Assembly (NCBI GenBank): GCA_963665845.2
Contig: OY762492.1
Location: forward strand, 320,001 to 384,000
Source of the DNA: Candidatus Poribacteria bacterium
GTDB lineage: Bacteria; Poribacteria; WGA-4E; GCA-2687025
Direction: 5' to 3'
DNA: 64,000 nt
This document shows, one piece after another, positions 56,607 to 64,000 of this stretch. Under the pieces are notes generated by a model. That model saw only the letters and a list, made by a program, of their open reading frames with translations. It was not told where the DNA came from and made no database searches. A program made the position numbers and the translations under genes. Position 1 is the first letter of the stretch; each line of letters begins with the position of its first letter.

Positions 56607-58396
56607 GATTGGCGCGCGTCTTGTGCGCGGCGGCGCTGCTCGGATGCGCGCTGAACGGATCCGCGTTTTATCAGGATTACGGCGACATCTCAATCGAATT
56701 GAACAGTTCTATTAGCGGAGCCGGCGGCTTTACGAGTCGCGGCTACGCCGCTGTCCGCATTACAGCGGCGAACAGCTCTCCCGACAAGGCGCATCGGGTC
56801 GAGATACGCTTCCCGCTCGAAGGAGGATTTTCCATTTCGGGGCCGGGGAGGCTCAAAAGTTTCTCCAAGACGATACAGATCGCTCCCGACTCAACCGCGG
56901 AAGTCTACATCTATCAACCGCGCATATTTCCAGACTTCGAATCCGCCGATGAAGGGGTTGTGTATATTGACGGAGAGAAGCAAGCGCAGAATGTGCGCGC
57001 GATGTTCTCTGGGGGCGGCGGTTGGCTCGCCAGTTCGGGCGGCGGCTCATGGACCGATTATCATATGGATCCGAGCGTGTCGTTTGGCGCGATTGATGTG
57101 AGCAGTTTTCCGGTAACTACTAAAATCAGCGCATGGACTCGCCGTTCATTCGATTCAACCTGGCTCGCTTATTCAGGTTATGACGGCATGGTACTGTCTC
57201 TTTCCGAAGCCAATACGTTGGGCGCCGATGAACGCGCCGCCCTCTGGGAGTATGTGAAAACCGGCGGGTCGCTCGCCGTGATGGGAATAGGGCGGCTGTC
57301 CGATGACTGGGCGCGGATGGACAGCCGTTTGACGAATCGAGAACTGGTCGGCGACGCTTCTGAACAGTATGAAATCGGGTTTGGACTGCTTTTTTTGTCG
57401 GGTCCGGCGTTCTTTCCGACCTCGTCCCGCCCCTCGATTCATACCGCAATTTACGATTCATGGCTTGAAACGCAAAAACCCTGGCTGCGAATCTACACCG
57501 CCGCCGGCGCAAACACAGCCCTTCCTGTCTCGGAGCCGGTCGACACCAGGGCAAGTTTCCGCCGCATGTTTTTCCTGTCGCTTCTGTTTGCGGCGATTAT
57601 CGGACCCTTGAACATCGCCCTTCTGCGGCGAAAGAAACAGATGACGCGGCTTTACTGGACGACGCCCGCCATTTCCTTGACCGCCTGTTTGCTGTTCGTT
57701 CTTTATTTCGCCGTTTTTGAAGGACCAAGGAAGTATATGCGCGTCTCCAGCTTAACGCTGATTGACCAGGAGTCGCGTTCGGCGGCGACGCTCGGCTGGA
57801 TCGGTTTCTATTCGCCGTTTGCGGAGCCTGAAGGGCTTCTCTTTGACGAAGTAACGGAGCTGACGCTGCAGCAGAAGGGGATGGACACATTCAGACCGAG
57901 AGCGATAGGCGCAGCGGCGGGCATGGACAGGGCAGGTTCCGTCGACTGGACGGAGGGGCAGCGGTGGTCGGGCGGATGGATTCAGCCCCGCGTCCCGCTG
58001 CATTTTAAACTGCGCAAGAGCGAATCCCGCCCCGAACGCATCGACATCAAAAAAGAGGACGGCGCCTTAAAGGTTGTCAACCGCCTCGGCGCGCGCGTCA
58101 AGACGTTCTGGTACGCCGACGCTGAAGGCGGGGTTTATCAAGCGGCTGACATCCCGAAAGGCGCCGAAGCCGCTTTAACCAAAACAACAGGCGCGCCCAT
58201 CGGCTCGAAGAAGCTGCGCGATGTGTACGTCTCCCAAGACTGGGTTGCCGAGATCGAGGCGGCGAGGAAATCTCCAGCGGCGTATCTTCAACCTGGATGG
58301 TATTTTGCCGAGCTGGAAGAGAACGTTTTTGTGGAGAAGGCGATGAGAGGCGCGGAGATGATGCCGTCCGCGTCGCTTGTCATCGGGAAGTTTTAA
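56603..58396 (+). CDS. Array paralog 6
   Basis: ATGA overlap; closest to paralogs 3 and 4. Confidence 0.78.
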   Translation: MRLARVLCAAALLGCALNGSAFYQDYGDISIELNSSISGAGGFTSRGYAAVRITAANSSPDKAHRVEIRFPLEGGFSISGPGRLKSFSKTIQIAPDSTAEVYIYQPRIFPDFESADEGVVYIDGEKQAQNVRAMFSGGGGWLASSGGGSWTDYHMDPSVSFGAIDVSSFPVTTKISAWTRRSFDSTWLAYSGYDGMVLSLSEANTLGADERAALWEYVKTGGSLAVMGIGRLSDDWARMDSRLTNRELVGDASEQYEIGFGLLFLSGPAFFPTSSRPSIHTAIYDSWLETQKPWLRIYTAAGANTALPVSEPVDTRASFRRMFFLSLLFAAIIGPLNIALLRRKKQMTRLYWTTPAISLTACLLFVLYFAVFEGPRKYMRVSSLTLIDQESRSAATLGWIGFYSPFAEPEGLLFDEVTELTLQQKGMDTFRPRAIGAAAGMDRAGSVDWTEGQRWSGGWIQPRVPLHFKLRKSESRPERIDIKKEDGALKVVNRLGARVKTFWYADAEGGVYQAADIPKGAEAALTKTTGAPIGSKKLRDVYVSQDWVAEIEAARKSPAAYLQPGWYFAELEENVFVEKAMRGAEMMPSASLVIGKF

Positions 58397-58453
58397 CGCC
58401 CGCCCGTCAGCGCTACAATAGGTCTTCAGCCTAAAACGGAGCAGCGATGCGGC

Positions 58454-59560
58454 ATGTCTGAAATGGAACCGGAACGGGAGATATGGGCGGCGCAGTCCGT
58501 TTGGATGGGTTGGGCGTCTCTCGCCGCGGCGCTTGCCGCCGCCTTGACGGCGCCTCTGTTTGCGTTGTCGGGGCATTCCATTCCCGCCGCCGTTCTTATT
58601 CTCGCCGCGGTTGCCGCCGTGTCGCGCGCCGCTTGGAAACGCTCCGGCTACCGATACTCCATGACCGCCTTGACGCTGCGCAGGGAGCGGTTCTCCTTCC
58701 GCAAACATGACCGCGAAACGGCGTATCTTCCGCTTGCCGCCGTTGAGCGTCTAGAGATCAAGCGCAGCGCGTGGCAGCGGGCGTTGGGCGTCGGCGACAT
58801 ACTTCTATACGCGCACAGCGTCCCCTCCCCCGTGATGCGCCTGATCAATATCAGCGAGCCTGAAACAGCCGCCCGGCGCATTCAACATCAGATGAGCGGG
58901 ACGCCTGTAAAGGCTGTTCCGTCCGCCGCCGTCCATCCGCCTATCCCCGTTGAACAGCTTTTAGCGCGGGACGAGCGGCGCGTTCAACGCGCGCTGTCTA
59001 TTGCGGCCGCAGCGTTGGTATTGACGGGCGCCCTTGCCGCCGCGCTGTATGCCGTCTCTCAAAGGGAGAGCGGCATTCAGCCCGTCTACGCCGAAAACGA
59101 CCCGATCTACCATCCGGACGGGACGCGCAAGCCGTTCTTGTCGGTCAAGGCGTACATGCAGACCCGCGTCATGCCGTTCGCCAAAGAGGCGCTGGGTCCT
59201 GTCGTAGGCGATGAAAATGTGCGGTGCGAAACATGCCATGGAGAGAACCCGGAGGCGCGCCGATACCGCATGCCCGCCGTCGCCGCCCTGCCGAACAGCC
59301 GCCGTCCAGGGAAGTCGGCGCTGCGCTCCGCCGCCTCAACCGACCTGCAGATACACAACGCGATTGTCGGACATGCGCATGACTTTGAAAACGCGCCGAT
59401 TGCGGAACAGATGCGGCGCGTTGTGCTGCCGGGCATGGCAAAACTGCTCAATCGACCCGTCTACGACCGCGCCAAAACGTACCAGTTCAACAAAGCGAAC
59501 GCCGCCTTCGGCTGCTACCATTGCCATCAGCTGAATAAATCGCAAAGCGAAGAGAACTGA
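58454..59560 (+). CDS. Membrane protein: bacterial PH-like (bPH_2) domain fused to a diheme c-type cytochrome domain
   Basis: 2 TM helices, then YRYSMT..LPLAAVERLEIKRSAWQRALGVGDI; a third TM helix; CETCH and CYHCH. Confidence 0.7.
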   Translation: MSEMEPEREIWAAQSVWMGWASLAAALAAALTAPLFALSGHSIPAAVLILAAVAAVSRAAWKRSGYRYSMTALTLRRERFSFRKHDRETAYLPLAAVERLEIKRSAWQRALGVGDILLYAHSVPSPVMRLINISEPETAARRIQHQMSGTPVKAVPSAAVHPPIPVEQLLARDERRVQRALSIAAAALVLTGALAAALYAVSQRESGIQPVYAENDPIYHPDGTRKPFLSVKAYMQTRVMPFAKEALGPVVGDENVRCETCHGENPEARRYRMPAVAALPNSRRPGKSALRSAASTDLQIHNAIVGHAHDFENAPIAEQMRRVVLPGMAKLLNRPVYDRAKTYQFNKANAAFGCYHCHQLNKSQSEEN

Positions 59561-59683
59561 CCTGGCGACCTGCAAACCGCCATTCTCCGGAAGCGGGAAT
59601 GACGAATCGCCGACGCGGACGCGCATGTCCGCGCGGAGGAGGGGATGACAGACGACGTTCGCGCGCTTTTGCGTTCAGCGGGC

Positions 59684-60508
59684 TTACAGATGGAACGCCT
59701 TGCGCAGCCGTTCCGCCGATTTCGGCGCCGCCGTATGCGCATCCTCCTTGCCTTCAAACTCGATGGAGATCCAGCCGTTGAAGCCGGCGTCCCGCAATAT
59801 CTGCGCGATGCGGGAGTAGTCCAAATCCAGCGAGTACCAGACGCCGCCGCCGTAGTAGGTCTTGGCGTGAACCAGTACCGCCGACGGGGCGATCTGTTCC
59901 AGTTTTTCATACGGCTCTTCCAAGAAGTTTCCGCAGTCCATCGCTCCCCTCAGCCATTCGGACGGCAGCGCCTTCAAGATGCGGTTGACCCCCTCCGGCT
60001 GCGAGGTCAACCCCCAGTGATTCTCCAGCGCCAGCAGTACCCCATGCCGCTCCGCATGCGGCAGGCATTTCTCGATGCTCTCGATGCACCAATCGAAAGC
60101 GTCGTCCTCTGTGTACCCGTCCAGAGCCGGCTCAACGCCGCCCAGCTCCATCAGCCGTGTGAACGATTTGACCGTCCCCCATCGCCCCGAATTGAGGCGG
60201 ATCGACGGAATGCCCATCTCATGCGCCAGCTCTATGCATCGACGTGTATGGTCGATATTTTTTTGGCGCGTTTCGGAAGAGGGCGAGACGAACCCTTGAT
60301 GAATCGAGAGCGCGTACAGGTCAAGCCCGTTCACAAAAGCGCGCCGTTTCAGCCGCTGCATGTAGCCGATCTCTTCCGATTCCATCTGCCGATGCAGTAT
60401 CTCCACCCCGTCCAGCCCGATGCGCGCCGCCTCATCGATCACATGCTCAATGGGCGTTTTTTCTGGGGTAAAGTGCCAGTAAGAGTATGTCGCCACGCCA
60501 AGTTTCAT
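59684..60508 (-). CDS. Sugar phosphate isomerase/epimerase (xylose isomerase-like TIM barrel)
   Basis: [26 protein letters not shown]. Confidence 0.85.
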   Translation of the reverse strand: MKLGVATYSYWHFTPEKTPIEHVIDEAARIGLDGVEILHRQMESEEIGYMQRLKRRAFVNGLDLYALSIHQGFVSPSSETRQKNIDHTRRCIELAHEMGIPSIRLNSGRWGTVKSFTRLMELGGVEPALDGYTEDDAFDWCIESIEKCLPHAERHGVLLALENHWGLTSQPEGVNRILKALPSEWLRGAMDCGNFLEEPYEKLEQIAPSAVLVHAKTYYGGGVWYSLDLDYSRIAQILRDAGFNGWISIEFEGKEDAHTAAPKSAERLRKAFHL

Positions 60509-62085
60509 GGCGTCGTCCTTTCTAAAATTTCGTAGATGCCGTATGCTCCGAACCGTTCGATTTCGCGGAACCGCGACGGATAGATTTCAATCAGCTGCGC
60601 GATATGCCCATGTCCTGGGCTTGCGACCGCATGCGTCCCGCCGACCCGCTCAATGGACGCCCATTTCATGTCATGCCGATCCTTTACCCACGGGACGGTG
60701 TAGGTCGGGCGCTCCGCCGTAATGATGCCGTACGGGGCGCGGTTTGCGATGAGTACCGCGTCGTCGGGAGCGTTCTCTTTAACCCAAACGAACGCCGCCA
60801 TGTAGTCCGCCATACCGCCTTGATAGTAAGGGACGGCGCGCTCCCGTTTGACCGCCGCGGAGAGGCTAGAGCCGTTTGAAAACAGAAAGCCGACCGCCGC
60901 CGCCGTCAAAAAAACGGCGATGGAGACGTTGCGAAACAGCGTACCCGCGAGCGTTTTAAAGCGCGACGCCGTCCATTCTAAAAGAGACGCAAACGGCGTC
61001 AACGCATAGAAAAAAATCATCGGAAGTATCGGAACCAGAAACCGCTCTCCCTGATTCGCCGGCCAAAGCAGGAAAACGGCGGCGTATAAAACGGCGTAAT
61101 ACTCCATAACGCCGCGCCGTCGAAACAGCGACAAAGCCCATCCAAGACATGCCAGCCCCGCCAACAGATACGCCGACGCGCCGCTTCGCGCCTTTCTGCC
61201 GGTCAAAAGGGAGGCGGTCAGGTTGATGTAGTGAACGGCGTTGCGTTTCAAGCGCGCTGCGAACTCTGCGCTGTTGATCGTTTCGGAGGTCGGGTCGGTC
61301 GCGCTGTTGACAATCAGCTCGCGTTCATAGGTGGCGGCTTCCCACAGCTCGGCGCCTTCGTCCGACTTGACCAGCGCGTTCCTGCCCATCCACGCGCAGA
61401 CAACGAGAGCCATGACGCCGAGGACGACGCCCGCCCGTTTCAAACGCTCCTGGATCGGCTCGTTCTCTTTCTCTTCGGCGCCCTCTTCTACGTTTTCCTC
61501 CGCGCTCCTTTTCATGTCGATAAGCAGGCTCAACGCAAACGCCGGGGCGAGTATGAACCCGACGATGCGTATCGAATAGCTGGCGGCGGCGAGAGCGGCC
61601 GCCGTCCAGAACATGCGCCGACTCGGTTCAGAACGGTACTTTTCCATCGCCAGCAGCGCGCCCAGCGACGCGAACATATACGGCAGATCGGACAGAACGC
61701 GCGTCGCCTCAAAATACATGGCGTAACAGACGGCGGTCATGACGGCTGCCGCCAGCGCGAACCCGAAAGAGGCGCTTTTGCGTATGAGAGAAAACGCCGC
61801 CGCGATGGATCCGACAGCGCACGCCGCGATGAGCGCGCGCATCAACAGATAATTTTTCCCAAAAAGAAACAGAATCGGCGTCAACAGCAGCGGAAAGCCC
61901 GGCGGATATTTCACATGCGGATCGCCCAGATACGAGTAACCCTTCCCCTCCGCCAACGACTGCGCAAGCGTGATATACGTTCCGCTGTCCCATGTCGGCT
62001 TCCAATACGGGACGACGAGAGGCGCGTACAGCGCGGCTGCCGCTATGAGTATCCAGAACGCCGGCATTTTATGTAAGCGTTTCAT
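60505..62085 (-). CDS. GT-C membrane glycosyltransferase (ArnT/PMT-like)
   Basis: [43 protein letters not shown]; many TM helices. Confidence 0.78.
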   Translation of the reverse strand: MKRLHKMPAFWILIAAAALYAPLVVPYWKPTWDSGTYITLAQSLAEGKGYSYLGDPHVKYPPGFPLLLTPILFLFGKNYLLMRALIAACAVGSIAAAFSLIRKSASFGFALAAAVMTAVCYAMYFEATRVLSDLPYMFASLGALLAMEKYRSEPSRRMFWTAAALAAASYSIRIVGFILAPAFALSLLIDMKRSAEENVEEGAEEKENEPIQERLKRAGVVLGVMALVVCAWMGRNALVKSDEGAELWEAATYERELIVNSATDPTSETINSAEFAARLKRNAVHYINLTASLLTGRKARSGASAYLLAGLACLGWALSLFRRRGVMEYYAVLYAAVFLLWPANQGERFLVPILPMIFFYALTPFASLLEWTASRFKTLAGTLFRNVSIAVFLTAAAVGFLFSNGSSLSAAVKRERAVPYYQGGMADYMAAFVWVKENAPDDAVLIANRAPYGIITAERPTYTVPWVKDRHDMKWASIERVGGTHAVASPGHGHIAQLIEIYPSRFREIERFGAYGIYEILERTTP

Positions 62086-62285
62086 ATCGTCCGCTCCTGC
62101 GCGTTCTTTCAGTATAGCCGCATTGCCGCTGTTGTTGAAGCGCGCCTCGTATCGTCATTCCCGTGAAAACGGGAATCTTAAGGCTCCGCAAGATGCGTAA
62201 GATAGACGCGGAGCCGCCATTTGTGTAACATGGCGGCGCTGCGCAACCGCCTCGAAATGAACCTGAGCTGAACAAGGAGCGAGAA

Positions 62286-62813
62286 ATGCGAACGTTACAT
62301 CACAACATACGCCCCATGATCGCCTTGACGGTTCTACTGTTTGGCATCGGAGCGGCGCAAGGCTGCCGCGGCGGCGCCCCCGCGCAGGAGGAGCTGAAGA
62401 CGCAGGCGGCTGCCGCTCTAGATTCTCTGGTTGCCGAATTGGCGTCGGAGCGGCCGATCGACGCTGCCGCATATACGGAGCGGTTGCAGGCATACTTGGA
62501 GGCGCATCCAGCGTTCTACGGCTGCGCCGCCGCGCTGCTGGACGCGACAGGCGCCGTTGTCGCAAGCCCCTACGTCTACCGCGACGACGACAGCTTCCAG
62601 ACGATCGATCTTGCCCAGCCTGAATACAACATTCAGGAGCAAAAGTGGTTCACGATGCCGTTGGCGGCGGACGCGGGCATCTGGACGCCCCCCTATTTTG
62701 ACGAGGGCGGCGGCGGTATCTGGATGATTACGCGCTCGGTCCTGGCGCGCGACGCTGAAGGCGTCTTCGCCGTCGTCACCACCGATCTGCCTGTAGACGC
62801 TCCCGATCGGTGA
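62286..62813 (+). CDS. Stand-alone exported Cache/PDC-domain protein
   Basis: Signal peptide with AQGC; PYVYR, QKWF, WTPPYFDEGGG, MITRS, VVTTD. Confidence 0.72.
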   Translation: MRTLHHNIRPMIALTVLLFGIGAAQGCRGGAPAQEELKTQAAAALDSLVAELASERPIDAAAYTERLQAYLEAHPAFYGCAAALLDATGAVVASPYVYRDDDSFQTIDLAQPEYNIQEQKWFTMPLAADAGIWTPPYFDEGGGGIWMITRSVLARDAEGVFAVVTTDLPVDAPDR

Positions 62814-62865
62814 AACTTCCGATGTTAAAAACAGAAAGAGGCGCGCCGCTTTTTGGAGGCATCAA

Positions 62866-64000
62866 ATGAGCAAGCTGAACATTGCGCTGATCGGAGCGGG
62901 GCGGCGCGGAGCCGGGGCGCATCTGCCCGTCATACCCTTCTTGTCGGACATGTACCGCCTCGCCGCCGTCTGCGACATTGACGAAGAGACGGCGCAGAAA
63001 TACGCCCGCCAATACGGCGTCAACGCCTACACCGACATTCGCCGAATGGTCGCCGAAGAGGAGCTGGATATGGCGGATGTGACGGTTCCAGCGCCGGCGC
63101 ATCATGCGGTGTGCGTCTATCTGGCGCGGCAGGGGGTTAATATCCTGTGCGAAACGCCGATAGCGGTCACCCTCGCGCAGGCGGACATGATGATTGAGGC
63201 GGCGCATGAAAACGGAGTCGTTCTAGAGATCGCCGAAAATTACTACCGCGCGCCGATGGAGCGGTTCAAAACGGAACTGATCAAGCGCGGCGCCATCGGA
63301 AATGTATCGCGCATCTACCGCGTTTTTCAAGAGGGCGGCTACCACGGGATGAGCATGCTGCGTCTGCGGGCGGGCGGCAACCCTGTCTCCGTCCTGGGCT
63401 TGACCCATGAAACGCCCGTGATCCCGCATATTGACAGAATGAAGCGCCGGCACACCTCGGAGCGTTGGTCGCTCAGCTACATCGATTTTGACAGCGGCGC
63501 GGCGGCGGTCATGATGTATTCGAACGTCATTCATGGACGGACGCTGGGGCGCAAGGTGAACTCAACCAGTCAGATCCATGGGGAAAGCGGCGCGATCGTG
63601 GAAAACGATGTTTATGCGGTTCCGGCGGTGGAGCTGGAATCGGGCGCCGTCGCCCGCGCCTACACGCCGCGCCGAGTGACGAAGCGCATCGATGGGGTGG
63701 ACGCGCTGCAGCGCATTGAGCTGGAGCTGCCGGACGAAACGGTCGTCTGGGAGAACCCGCTCGCGCATCTGCCAATCGTGGAGGGGCGGGTCAATGTGGC
63801 GGATGAGCTGCTGTCGGCGGCGATGGCGGTACAGTCGGGCGAGCCGCCGGAATACGGCGCCGAGGCAGGGCGTCTTGACCAAGAGATGAACATAGCGGTC
63901 AACGAGTCGGCGCGCCGAGGGCGCGAGTCGATCTCCTTCCCGTTGACCGAAGAAACCGACGGGGAACGCGCAGCGCATGCGAGCTATCAAGCGAATTACG
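62866..64000 (+). CDS. Gfo/Idh/MocA-family oxidoreductase; runs off the window end and is absent from the ORF track
   Basis: GGAGG RBS; manual translation MSKLNIALIGAGRRG..AAVCDID..HHAV..LCETPIA..AENY. Confidence 0.85.
   Translation, partial: MSKLNIALIGAGRRGAGAHLPVIPFLSDMYRLAAVCDIDEETAQKYARQYGVNAYTDIRRMVAEEELDMADVTVPAPAHHAVCVYLARQGVNILCETPIAVTLAQADMMIEAAHENGVVLEIAENYYRAPMERFKTELIKRGAIGNVSRIYRVFQEGGYHGMSMLRLRAGGNPVSVLGLTHETPVIPHIDRMKRRHTSERWSLSYIDFDSGAAAVMMYSNVIHGRTLGRKVNSTSQIHGESGAIVENDVYAVPAVELESGAVARAYTPRRVTKRIDGVDALQRIELELPDETVVWENPLAHLPIVEGRVNVADELLSAAMAVQSGEPPEYGAEAGRLDQEMNIAVNESARRGRESISFPLTEETDGERAAHASYQANY

Noticed and set aside
47278-58396. Diversity-generating retroelement or invertase shufflon behind the paralog variation
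   Set aside because: No reverse transcriptase or recombinase in the window; differences do not look adenine-specific; all copies are full genes in direct orientation

Overview
GC-rich bacterial chromosomal window. The secreted-protein C-terminal motifs (..NYPNPFNPETWIPF.. and ..VDPxGK..xWGxxK), WD40/TolB propeller proteins and a DUF6785-like membrane protein suggest Candidatus Poribacteria or a relative; this is an inference. Housekeeping genes: fabZ-lpxA-lpxI, an HD-hydrolase-pyrR-pyrC-carA-carB operon that lacks pyrB and has a clear PyrR-binding loop in its leader, thiN, clpB and gltX. Accessory genes: a BsaWI-like restriction-modification locus with two methyltransferases, two giant secreted beta-propeller/Ig proteins, a tandem array of six ~600-650 aa paralogous membrane proteins with patchwork identity, and a PH-domain/diheme cytochrome fusion. 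The most notable non-coding features are (i) a ~530-nt, almost fully base-paired region behind an ECF-sigma-like promoter between gltX and the paralog array, a candidate large ncRNA that I cannot assign to a known class; (ii) two MITE families with target-site duplications that carry a REP palindrome, one nested inside the other; and (iii) two single-gene cassettes flanked by 38-bp and ~70-bp direct repeats that duplicate the expression signals of the neighbouring gene. No rRNA, tRNA, CRISPR array, transposase, integrase or reverse transcriptase was seen. All calls come from reading motifs by eye; no searches were run.
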